From Prochlorococcus marinus str. NATL2A (GTDB taxonomy: Bacteria; Cyanobacteriota; Cyanobacteriia; PCC-6307; Cyanobiaceae), in the NCBI RefSeq assembly GCF_000012465.1, contig NC_007335.2:750001-782000 (forward strand): 32,000 bases of DNA. Direction: 5' to 3'. The position numbers and the translations under genes were made by a program. Under the pieces are notes generated by a model. That model searched no databases. It was not told the origin of the DNA and saw only the letters and a program-made list of their open reading frames with translations. Shown one piece after another: positions 18,286 to 29,646 of the stretch (position 1 is its first letter; every line of letters starts with the position of its first letter).

Positions 18286-19620
18286 TTATATTAATAGCAG
18301 AATAAAACTTATTGGGAACAATAATCTAGTTAAAAGTTTTATAATTATCTGTCTATTGTTTTTTATAGCCATATTAGGATTTTCTGGAGGATATTGCATC
18401 CCTCTATCCTCATGAACTGTGTTCGTTAATGAATTGGTTGGATGTATGTCCCACGGCTTTTCTTTATTTAATGCATTTTGAAGCCAGTCCCAGTAATATT
18501 GAACCATTTTATCTTCACCTAACAGCTTTACATTATCTTTTTGTATATAGCCCATTTGATCATTAAAAGTTTGGGTTTTTAAGACTAAATAATCTTCAGT
18601 AAAAATCTTATAAAATGTTCTTCTTTGTAGATGACTAAATAAAACTAAATTTGTAAAAAGTTTATTTTTAAGGAACTTTCTATAATGCCTTACTATTACT
18701 CTTGCTTTATTATTTCCTAGTGGAATATGATCAAGAACTTGAATATATCTTGTACTTTCAGGTGAGCCCTTATATATAAAAATCCTTCCAGGAGGTACGA
18801 ATTTTATTCTGATAAACTCTTCTTGCCCATTAGTTTTATATGAATATATACTTTCTATTTGCCTATTATCTCTTTTTATTTTTTGATTGAAGCTGGTTAT
18901 TGTTTCTCGGTTTACGTTCTTGTCGGGGATCGTATCTCCGTGCATCCAGAATACATGCAATATATCCAGATGATTTTCTATAATTCTCGCCCAATCTGCT
19001 TTGAAATCTACATAAACTTCTTCATATTCATATTCTAAAGATGGAAACCCATAGGAATCAGGAAGAAGGCTGTTGATTGAAGATTTTATTTGAAAGTCTT
19101 CAATATTTGCTAAAGGTGTCCCTGTATAATAAATATAAATATAGCCTTCTTTTTCTACGCATGGATATTGAAAAAGTTTTATACTTTTTGCATAGCTATC
19201 GTAATTAGAATCAATAATATGTTGACAGGTTATTCTATCTAAATTTGTGCAACTTCCTTGAGATGAGAACCTTGCACCGTGATAAGGACAAACAAGTTGT
19301 CCATTTATCACTTCACCGCCTAGAAATGAAGCTCCTCTGTGAGGACATACATCTTTTACACATCTAACAATACCTTCTCTATCGCGATACAAAACAAGTG
19401 GCTCATTATAAATTGTGAAGTGATTTAATTTACCCTCCTTTATTGATTCGCTACTCGATACAGAATACCAACCTAATAGGCCATTAGTTAGTTGATTAGA
19501 AGGTTTGGGAGCAATATTTTCTAGATCTTGTACACTTTCTTTCTCATTAAAATTAGATCTAATGAGGTTATTAGTCTCATATTCAAATGGTTTATTGTTT
19601 TTTCCATTTTCTTCGTTCAT
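18286..19620 (-). CDS. Rieske [2Fe-2S] / mononuclear non-haem iron oxygenase of the PaO/CAO/Tic55 (Lls1-like) family. It is a candidate chlorophyll(ide)-modifying oxygenase.
   Basis: 444 aa. The Rieske motif is CPHRGASF...CPYHGARF and the mononuclear-Fe motif is ENHLDILHVFWMH (E-x3-D-x2-H-x4-H). It has a C-terminal TM helix (LLFPISFILLLI). Confidence 0.85.
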   Translation of the reverse strand: MNEENGKNNKPFEYETNNLIRSNFNEKESVQDLENIAPKPSNQLTNGLLGWYSVSSSESIKEGKLNHFTIYNEPLVLYRDREGIVRCVKDVCPHRGASFLGGEVINGQLVCPYHGARFSSQGSCTNLDRITCQHIIDSNYDSYAKSIKLFQYPCVEKEGYIYIYYTGTPLANIEDFQIKSSINSLLPDSYGFPSLEYEYEEVYVDFKADWARIIENHLDILHVFWMHGDTIPDKNVNRETITSFNQKIKRDNRQIESIYSYKTNGQEEFIRIKFVPPGRIFIYKGSPESTRYIQVLDHIPLGNNKARVIVRHYRKFLKNKLFTNLVLFSHLQRRTFYKIFTEDYLVLKTQTFNDQMGYIQKDNVKLLGEDKMVQYYWDWLQNALNKEKPWDIHPTNSLTNTVHEDRGMQYPPENPNMAIKNNRQIIIKLLTRLLFPISFILLLI

Positions 19621-19738
19621 AGCCGAGCAGCTCTTTTAGTGAGAAATAATTTGGCTCATTTAAAGAGTATTCTCCTGATATGTTTAAAGTCTCAAAAAAA
19701 TAGCACCTAATGCCTTCCAGTATCGATTAAATTTACAT

Positions 19739-19771
19739 AAAAAAACTTCAACGTTAATTCCACGTTGAAGT
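19739..19771 (-). terminator. Rho-independent terminator for the small minus-strand ORF 19813..20004
   Basis: A 9-bp stem (ACTTCAACG at 19745..19753 and CGTTGAAGT at 19763..19771) with a 9-nt loop is followed on the minus strand by a T-run (19739..19744). Confidence 0.55.
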
Positions 19772-19812
19772 CAATTTATTTGAGTCATCATTATCGTTTA
19801 GAAATCCCTTGC

Positions 19813-20004
19813 TTAAAGGGATTTAGGGGATAGCTCAATGCTAGATACAAATTCTGTTGCTTCGTGGATATCATTACAGAATTTACATGTCCCTAGATAG
19901 CAGCCTAGGTATCTCATGAAGGACGTTTTACCGCCTGAAAGTTGATATTTATGTATAGTACCTCCCTGAGGAGTGGCTTTAACAAGTTGAGGTAAAGGAG
20001 GCAT
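19813..20004 (-). CDS. Small Cys-containing hypothetical protein, 63 aa
   Basis: Non-repetitive sequence with C-x5-C-x2-C (CYLGTCKFC). A 9-bp hairpin (19802..19824) overlaps its stop codon and a second terminator hairpin lies downstream. No homology recognised. Confidence 0.4.
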   Translation of the reverse strand: MPPLPQLVKATPQGGTIHKYQLSGGKTSFMRYLGCYLGTCKFCNDIHEATEFVSSIELSPKSL

Positions 20005-20122
20005 TTATAAATTCAATTTTTTATAATTTGCTTTCAATATTCTTTTATAGCAATAGGTAAAATTACCAAATAAATGAATAAAAAGACTACTTTTGCCCCT
20101 CAGTCAATTCAAATCAAGTGAA

Positions 20123-20293
20123 CTAATCTGCATATCCATCATCATCTTCTGCATTGATTATCCTAGGGGTATTTTTCATATGTTCATCCCATGGATGAAC
20201 ATATGACTCTTTATCAGAGTAGACCTCACTCTTTAACTCTTCTAACAAAGTTTCAAACTGTTTGATGATTCTTTTCAGGTTGTCTTTTTTCAT
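20123..20293 (-). CDS. Candidate 56-aa acidic helical protein (MKKDNLKRIIKQFETLLEELKSEVYSDKESYVHPWDEHMKNTPRIINAEDDDGYAD)
   Basis: Manual ORF below the track cut-off with protein-like composition. It contains a perfect 31-nt palindrome. Confidence 0.3.
   Translation of the reverse strand: MKKDNLKRIIKQFETLLEELKSEVYSDKESYVHPWDEHMKNTPRIINAEDDDGYAD
20176..20206. repeat. Perfect inverted repeat: 14-bp arms and a 3-nt centre (TCATATGTTCATCC-CAT-GGATGAACATATGA)
   Basis: Read directly from the sequence. No mismatch in the arms. Confidence 0.95.
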
Positions 20294-20644
20294 GAATATA
20301 CTTTTTGATAAATTACTATAATAGTATAATTATCAATCTCTTTTATTTATATTTTTACATTTTTTTCAACTTATAAAACATCAAATAAATTGGTTTTTCC
20401 AATAAATTATATCTCGGTTTAAACATTATTGAGATTAAAAATATAGGGTTAAACAATCTTTCATCTGAAATTAGATTTTCAAATAATATAAATAAAAAGT
20501 ATTTTTATTAAAAGATTAGCTTAAGAGTTAAATAGGTTTAATTCTGATGCTAATCTGCCATTTATAATTAATGAATGTAGATTCTTTCTGTTTTTAAGCT
20601 GACGTCGAACGACGTTTTGTTTATAAATTATATTCAGGGCTATT

Positions 20645-21688
20645 ATGAGGGTTCTTTTAACTGGTGGTTCAGGATTCATAGGTTCTCATGTCGCTTTGTT
20701 GTTGATAGAAAGGGGATTGGATGTTTTAATATTAGATTCTTTTGCTAATAGCTCATCTAATGTTATCAATCGAATTAATACTTATTTAGATGATAAACTG
20801 TTAAAATATAGATTAGAAATAATTAATGGTGATATTAGAGATAAAAAACTTTTAGAAAGTATTTTTAGTGATTCGATTAATAGCCATAAACCTATAGATA
20901 TCGTTATACATTTAGCTGGCTTGAAATCTGTAGCTGAATCTCTTACTAATCCTATTCACTATTGGGATGTGAATGTTCATGGAACACTAAATCTTTTACT
21001 TACAATGAAAGAATATGAATGTTATTCCTTTGTTTTTAGTAGTAGTGCCACTATTTATGGTTTAAGCGATTCCGTTCCTATGGCAGAAGATCACAGGATC
21101 TCACCAATTAACCCCTACGGCAAAACTAAAGTGGCAATTGAGAATATGTTTTATGATTTATATAATTCTAATAACTTATGGAAAATATGTTCTTTACGTT
21201 ATTTCAATCCTGTTGGAGCGCATCCATCAGGATTGATTGGTGAAGATCCCATTGGGATTCCCAATAATCTTTTTCCTTTCTTAACTCAGGTAGCTATAGG
21301 AAAGCGAAAATTTTTAAATGTCTTCGGAGATAACTGGGATACGTATGATGGCTCAGGTATCCGTGATTATATTCATATTATGGATTTAGCTGAGGGCCAT
21401 TTAGCCTCATTAGATTATATTAGCTCTTCTGATTCATGTTTGGAATTTATTAATTTAGGCTCTGGTAATGGATATAGTGTTTTTCAGATTATTAGACAAT
21501 TTGAGTTGACTACTGGTTGCCAAATTCCTTTTTCTATTCAAAACAGAAGAGATGGTGATGTCGCTATATCTTATGCAGATATTTCAAAAGCCAAGAAATT
21601 ATTAGGTTGGACTCCAAAAAGAACATTAGAACAAATTTGCTTAGATGGATGGAACTGGCAAATTAGAAATCCAAATGGTTATAACTAA
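20645..21688 (+). CDS. galE: UDP-glucose 4-epimerase
   Basis: 347 aa. Motifs are GGSGFIGSH (Rossmann), SSSATIYG and the catalytic YGKTK (YxxxK). The C-terminal GalE block is RDGDVAISYADISKAKKLLGW. Confidence 0.93.
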   Translation: MRVLLTGGSGFIGSHVALLLIERGLDVLILDSFANSSSNVINRINTYLDDKLLKYRLEIINGDIRDKKLLESIFSDSINSHKPIDIVIHLAGLKSVAESLTNPIHYWDVNVHGTLNLLLTMKEYECYSFVFSSSATIYGLSDSVPMAEDHRISPINPYGKTKVAIENMFYDLYNSNNLWKICSLRYFNPVGAHPSGLIGEDPIGIPNNLFPFLTQVAIGKRKFLNVFGDNWDTYDGSGIRDYIHIMDLAEGHLASLDYISSSDSCLEFINLGSGNGYSVFQIIRQFELTTGCQIPFSIQNRRDGDVAISYADISKAKKLLGWTPKRTLEQICLDGWNWQIRNPNGYN

Positions 21689-21833
21689 TTGATCCTGGTC
21701 ATCTTTTTATCAGTTCACTACAGAATGTCTCATCTTTAGAGTTAGATAATTAACCGGCAAAAGTTACCCTTTTAAATAACTATTTAATATGAGGGAATTA
21801 CCTTTTCTCCTAGAGGAATTTTGCTTTCATTAC

Positions 21834-21861
21834 ACAAGCCCCTTGGGGTATGTGTTTTTTT
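21834..21861 (+). terminator. Candidate rho-independent terminator about 145 nt downstream of galE
   Basis: ACAAGCCC-CTTG-GGGTATGT stem-loop followed by G and then TTTTTTT (21855..21861). Confidence 0.5.
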
Positions 21862-21875
21862 AAGGATGGTGAAAT

Positions 21876-21904
21876 ATTTGAACTTCCGACCTTCGGGTTA
21901 TGAG
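21876..21904 (-). repeat. Partial copy (a) of the tRNA-fMet 3' half (T-arm through anticodon loop), in direct orientation relative to the gene
   Basis: ATTTGAACTTCCGACCTTCGGGTTATGAG compared with tRNA gene positions 22302..22330 (ATTTGAACTTGCGACCTTCGGGTTATGAG). Hand alignment gives 28 of 29 identical. Confidence 0.85.
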
Positions 21905-21956
21905 TCGGCAGTTATTAATAATAGAACCGTTGCAATAACTAGCTTTATAGAAAGGT

Positions 21957-22218
21957 GTGTACTCAGTAATGTACTTCATTATTTGTGGAGCTTCCGCTGC
22001 AAACAAACCTCACCCGCTTAAAAGATCAGAATGTAGCAAGAATGGAAAGCTCCAAAAAAATAATAATGCATTTTGATGAAATTTAAATTCTTTTTTGTTT
22101 GTTATGACCTTCGGGTTAGTAGCCCGATGGCCCAAAAGTTGAAAAAGTGTACTTGAGGGTGTACTTGGTAGAAAACAAGAATTTAGCTATAACTGGGATC
22201 TCTTGTTTTATGTACTTT
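21957..22218. repeat. Cluster of (G/A)TGTACT(T/C) direct-repeat motifs between the tRNA fragments and the tRNA gene
   Basis: GTGTACTC at 21957..21964, ATGTACTT at 21969..21976, GTGTACTTG at 22147..22155, GTGTACTTG at 22159..22167 and ATGTACTT at 22210..22217. There is also a 9-bp inverted repeat (AAAACAAGA at 22172..22180 and TCTTGTTTT at 22201..22209). Confidence 0.7.
22106..22129 (-). repeat. Partial copy (b) of tRNA-fMet (variable loop through the 5' side of the anticodon stem), in direct orientation and more decayed
   Basis: GACCTTCGGGTTAGTAGCCCGATG compared with tRNA gene positions 22314..22337 (GACCTTCGGGTTATGAGCCCGACG). Hand alignment gives 21 of 24 identical. Confidence 0.7.
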
Positions 22219-22254
22219 ATACTTTTCACCTTGTTAAGTATAAAAAATAGCATT

Positions 22255-22276
22255 AAAAAAACCAGTCTAAGACTGG
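22255..22276 (-). terminator. Rho-independent terminator immediately 3' of tRNA-fMet
   Basis: On the minus strand, CCAGTC-TTA-GACTGG is followed by TTTTTTT (the plus-strand A-run 22255..22261). Confidence 0.6.
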
Positions 22277-22285
22277 CTTCTTAAT

Positions 22286-22362
<77 letters not shown>

Positions 22363-22414
22363 AAGCATAAGAAGCATACATCTTTATGTGACTTAAAATA
22401 CTAGTTTGTTTGGG

Positions 22415-23377
22415 TTAGGGGATCTTTAATTCTCCTTCAACTTCTATATAGATACCAGGTTTTTTTTGAAGGATGATTTCATCTAGTTCTTCAATTGCTG
22501 TTGGAGTTATCCATTCAAGTTGTCGAAGAAGATGTATCGCTACTGCGTGCTTTGCTCTTTTTGATCCATCCTCAACCTTAATTGAGAGCCCGATACCTTC
22601 CCCTAGAAGACCAATACATTGGATACCTTCACTCCCACCTTTGCTGATAATTTGATTGTGACCTCTTTTTATTAATTCCGAATCAAAATATCCTTCGCCA
22701 GCAATAAGGTCTGGATTATTTGTCATAGCACGGGTTATTTTTTCAAATTCAGGTTGGTCAGATTTAGATAAATGAGCATATAAAACCGCCATTTGAGATA
22801 AACGCAAAAGTAACGTAGGAGCACCACAGTCATCTCTTTCGGCAATTAATTCCTCGGCAGGTATTTTTAGTAACTCAGCAACTCTTCTGAAAATTTCTTT
22901 CTGCAGTGGATGATGTCCCATTAAATAACTATCTAGATCCCAGCCCATTTTTTTGCAGGTTGCTAGAAATGCTGAATGCTTTCCTGAGCAATTATGTTGA
23001 AGTTTGCTTTCTCTATTTTGAGGTGTTGGGCATTTCAGTTCTTTTATATCTATATCTGCATTCCAAAGGAGTTTGAATGCTGTTCTCGCTTGAACTGATG
23101 AGCCACTATGAGAACCACATGCCAGCGCTAATGTTTTACTATCTAAATTATATTTTTCCGAAGCACCACTTGTAATGAACGGCATTGCTTGGAAAGGCTT
23201 TAATGCTGATCGTATGAAAGTTTCATATTCACATGAACCTGCTTTCATTAATGTCCTTCCTTTCGTGTCACATATTGAAGCGTGGGCTCTATGAATGGAT
23301 TCAACACTTGAGCCTCGTTTTACTAGAACCTTCAAATAATTGTTGCTGTGATCTGACGAATTGTTTTGTAAATTCAT
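22415..23377 (-). CDS. Asparaginase II family protein (PF06089-type L-asparaginase/glutaminase-like)
   Basis: 320 aa. Conserved blocks as I recall them for this family: ESIHRAHA, RSALKPFQA, ACGSHSG, NCSGKHSAFLA, DDCGAP and KGGSEG. Confidence 0.75.
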   Translation of the reverse strand: MNLQNNSSDHSNNYLKVLVKRGSSVESIHRAHASICDTKGRTLMKAGSCEYETFIRSALKPFQAMPFITSGASEKYNLDSKTLALACGSHSGSSVQARTAFKLLWNADIDIKELKCPTPQNRESKLQHNCSGKHSAFLATCKKMGWDLDSYLMGHHPLQKEIFRRVAELLKIPAEELIAERDDCGAPTLLLRLSQMAVLYAHLSKSDQPEFEKITRAMTNNPDLIAGEGYFDSELIKRGHNQIISKGGSEGIQCIGLLGEGIGLSIKVEDGSKRAKHAVAIHLLRQLEWITPTAIEELDEIILQKKPGIYIEVEGELKIP

Positions 23378-23380
23378 TTA

Positions 23381-23878
23381 TTAATTCATTCCTGAAAGTA
23401 TAAATAAAATTGAAGATATGATAACTGATATTAATAGTACTATTATTACTTCTAAATGATTTAAGACTGGTTTGATTTGGTATTGAGCTATCAGTAAATC
23501 TTTTGCTCTCCAATCAATTGGCTTTTCCCAGGTCTGTCCATCATACCAACCAGATTCTTCATATTCAATGTTTTCAGAATTAAGTCGTTTATATATGTAT
23601 ACCCAACTTAACCATTGCCTGATTAGTAGTAATATAGGAAAAGCAAGAGATGCAGTTAGGCTAATAAATATAAGTTCAAAAAGGTTGTTTTTGAGGTAAT
23701 CGCTTCCATAAGATATTGTTAAACAAACTGGTGTAATTATTAACCAACTAAATGTTAATTTCCTGTAAAAAATAATTCTTTCTAAAAAAGGCCAAGAGAT
23801 TATCCATGAATTTCTAATGCTATTAAATTCATTTAATGGCCTCTGGTTTAGAGGCACAGGGCATATTATTTTATTCAT
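23381..23878 (-). CDS. Ycf36 / DUF1230 (CGLD27-like) membrane protein
   Basis: 165 aa. The N-terminal CPVPLNQRPLNEFNSIRNSW motif is characteristic of Ycf36-type proteins, recalled from memory. Two or three TM helices follow. Confidence 0.6.
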   Translation of the reverse strand: MNKIICPVPLNQRPLNEFNSIRNSWIISWPFLERIIFYRKLTFSWLIITPVCLTISYGSDYLKNNLFELIFISLTASLAFPILLLIRQWLSWVYIYKRLNSENIEYEESGWYDGQTWEKPIDWRAKDLLIAQYQIKPVLNHLEVIIVLLISVIISSILFILSGMN

Positions 23879-24245
23879 CCATTAACTCTATTAATTTATT
23901 ATTTATAAAATCATGGATAATGCCATTGCTCCAGAATGACTCTAAGTCATAGAATTTTCTTTCATTAGGTTGAAAAACATTAATTATTAGATCTCCATAA
24001 TCTAATAACGCCCATTTAGCCTCATTTATTCCTTCCTTTCGAAGAGGTAGCAGATCTGCTTCCTCTCTGATTGTCTTTTCTACATTATTAACTATTGCCC
24101 TTACTTGAACATCTGAAAGTCCTTCAGTAATTAATATCCAATCAGCAATACTTGATACTTTATCAACTTTTAAAAGTTTTATATCACCAGCTTTTCTATC
24201 ATCGCAAGCAACTGCAGCTAGTTCAACTAACCTAATACTATCCAT
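23871..24245 (-). CDS. rsfS: Ribosome silencing factor RsfS (iojap family)
   Basis: Core sequence AGDIKLLKVDKVSSIADWILITEGLSDVQVRAI ... WALLDYGDLIINVFQPNERKFYDLESFW. The track ORF starts at 24317, which would overlap the upstream gene by 80 nt. The internal Met at 24245 (or 24251) gives the usual length of about 124 aa. Confidence 0.85.
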   Translation of the reverse strand: MDSIRLVELAAVACDDRKAGDIKLLKVDKVSSIADWILITEGLSDVQVRAIVNNVEKTIREEADLLPLRKEGINEAKWALLDYGDLIINVFQPNERKFYDLESFWSNGIIHDFINNKLIELMDE

Positions 24246-24873
24246 AAACATTTTCACTAGTAACTGATTTTTGAGATCCTTCTTGAGATGCCATTTCTGC
24301 GCGAGCTCTTTCAGCACTCTTTCTTAGAGCTTCTAATCTATCTTCATAGAATGTGCGCTTTTTTTTCTTTCTAGATTTTTCAACTAAATCTTTTAAAGCA
24401 CCGCCAAGACTCTTATAAGCATTTGGAACGCTATATCCAAATCTGCAGGCCAAATCTATAGCTCTTTCATCAGCAGATATTGCATCTTGTAATCGTTTTT
24501 CTGAATTATTTTTTAAGTAAAGCCGATAACCTGCAAAACCTGACAATCCGAGTGCCATTAAAAGTAGCAAACCATCTTGAACCCATAATTCTCCAATAGC
24601 ACCACCCAGACCTATTGCAAGAGCAGCCATTTCCCAGCCATCTCTTGGGATGGTGTCATTTTGAATGCGTCCCACCTCATGCCAAAACAATAGATTTCTA
24701 TGATCTTGAGCTAAATAGTCCCATTGCTCAAGGTCAACTTGAATCTCCACTTCATCGCGCCCGATTTCTTCAAGCGTGATTAGAGGAGGATCTATTGCTG
24801 CTGCGGCTTCAATGAATACCCAGCTTTGGTTTTCTGGTGGCAGCAGCCCTTTTAGGCGCTGTAGTTCGCTCAT
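24238..24873 (-). CDS. Conserved cyanobacterial membrane protein of unknown function (DUF3318-like by recollection)
   Basis: 211 aa. It has two central Gly/Ala-rich TM helices (AALAIGLGGAIGELW, LLLLMALGLSGFAGY) and a basic or coiled C-terminal tail. Confidence 0.6.
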   Translation of the reverse strand: MSELQRLKGLLPPENQSWVFIEAAAAIDPPLITLEEIGRDEVEIQVDLEQWDYLAQDHRNLLFWHEVGRIQNDTIPRDGWEMAALAIGLGGAIGELWVQDGLLLLMALGLSGFAGYRLYLKNNSEKRLQDAISADERAIDLACRFGYSVPNAYKSLGGALKDLVEKSRKKKKRTFYEDRLEALRKSAERARAEMASQEGSQKSVTSENVYG

Positions 24874-24993
24874 ACTCTTTGTTTCTTATTCGGAAAGTTA
24901 GTTAAACTTTAATGGTAGTTTGCCGATCTAGACAGTAGATGATAAACAGATACCTAGAATGCGTGACATAAATGAAGTTTACAAGAAATTCAA

Positions 24994-28302
<3,309 letters not shown>

Positions 28303-28322
28303 GCTTTTTTTACTAGTTGTTT

Positions 28323-28366
28323 AAATTAATAATATTTTGAATTTACATTTAAAATATTATTAATTT
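28323..28366. repeat. Perfect 16-bp A/T-only inverted repeat with a 12-nt spacer, located between carB and acsF
   Basis: AAATTAATAATATTTT (28323..28338), spacer GAATTTACATTT, then AAAATATTATTAATTT (28351..28366). Read directly from the sequence with no mismatches. Confidence 0.95.
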
Positions 28367-28524
28367 TGTGGATTTGATTTACTTAAATTGTTAAATATAT
28401 ATTTTAAATACATTTTTTCTCCTCCTTCTTTATCGTTTTAGGCAAAGCTCTATTACTACCTGATTAAAAATTCACCTTTTTTTCAAATAAAGACATACAA
28501 TTATGTTCTTGCTTGATAATTGGA

Positions 28525-29631
28525 ATGACCGCAACAGCTTCTTCTTCCCCAAAACTAAGAGTTGATACACGCGGAACAAATGAGTTGCCGCCACATTTAG
28601 ATGAAAATCTTTTAACCCCTCGTTTTTACGTAACCGAATTCAAAAAAGCAGCTAAGACAGAATTAACTGATGCCCGCGAAGAGTTTGAAGCAATGCTTTC
28701 AGAAATGAAAGCAGACTATAACTGTACTCATTTTGATAGAAAGGCAAGTCTAGATAGATTGCAAGAATTGCCTCAAAAGGCTAAAGAGACTTACGAGAGT
28801 TATTTAGTTAGATCAGTAATATCAGAGTTTTCTGGATTCCTGCTATTTAAAGAGATTTCAAATCGTTTGAAGAAAGAAGGAAATAGGGATCTTGGAAAAC
28901 TATTTCAGTTTTTAGCTAGAGACGAAGCTAGACATGCAGGTTTTCTAAGCAGAGCATTAGTTGCAGAGGGTATTGAAGTGGATCTGCCTCATTTAGGAGG
29001 AAAAAGGGCAGCGACTTGGTTCCCCATTAGTTGGGTTATTTATTCTGTGTATCTTTCAGAAAAGATTGGTTATTGGAGATATATCTTGATGGATAGGCAC
29101 CTTAAGGCTAATCCAGATCAGGCTTTTGCTCCTCTTTTTGATTTCTTTGAGCCATGGTGTCAAGACGAGAACAGACATGGCGATTGCTTTACAGTAATGA
29201 TGAGATGTTGGCCTGGAATCACCAAAGGATTTAGAGGTAAGTTATTAAGTCGTTTCTTCTTGTGGAGCGTTTTCCTTACTCACACTTTGACAGTTTGCGA
29301 AAGAGGCGAGTTTTATGAATTACTTGGTATTGATCCAAAGGAATTTGATGAGGAAGTGATAAAAAGAACAAACCACACATCAAAAAATGCCTTCCCTTGG
29401 GTTTTTAATCTTGATGACAATAAGTTTTGGGATTTGAGAAACAAAATTATCGAATCTTTCAGAGCTTTTGTAGGTGCTAAAGGTTTAACAAAGCCAGTTA
29501 AATTTGTGAAATTCGCTACTTTGATTTTTAAGCAATTTGCACTCCCAATGGAGAAGACAGATGCATTGAGATATGATAAAAACGTGAATTTTACAGGTCA
29601 GGATATTTTGAATTTTTGGACAGATAAATAA
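28525..29631 (+). CDS. acsF: Magnesium-protoporphyrin IX monomethyl ester (oxidative) cyclase, AcsF/ChlE/CHL27 type
   Basis: Di-iron carboxylate motifs are EFSGFLLFKE ... LARDEARHAGFL and CQDENRHGDCF. The N-terminal block is ENLLTPRFYVTEF. The track starts at TTG 28513, but the ATG at 28525 (MTATASS...) is more likely. Confidence 0.93.
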   Translation: MTATASSSPKLRVDTRGTNELPPHLDENLLTPRFYVTEFKKAAKTELTDAREEFEAMLSEMKADYNCTHFDRKASLDRLQELPQKAKETYESYLVRSVISEFSGFLLFKEISNRLKKEGNRDLGKLFQFLARDEARHAGFLSRALVAEGIEVDLPHLGGKRAATWFPISWVIYSVYLSEKIGYWRYILMDRHLKANPDQAFAPLFDFFEPWCQDENRHGDCFTVMMRCWPGITKGFRGKLLSRFFLWSVFLTHTLTVCERGEFYELLGIDPKEFDEEVIKRTNHTSKNAFPWVFNLDDNKFWDLRNKIIESFRAFVGAKGLTKPVKFVKFATLIFKQFALPMEKTDALRYDKNVNFTGQDILNFWTDK

Positions 29632-29646
29632 GCTTATTTGGATAAA

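Noticed and set aside
21821-22021. 66-aa TTG-initiated ORF spanning tRNA-fragment copy (a)
   Set aside because: It reads straight through the terminator hairpin and the tRNA-derived repeat, so it is most likely fortuitous.
23871-24317. N-terminal 24 codons of the track version of rsfS
   Set aside because: That extension would overlap the upstream gene by 80 nt and has no counterpart in RsfS proteins. I preferred the internal Met at 24245.
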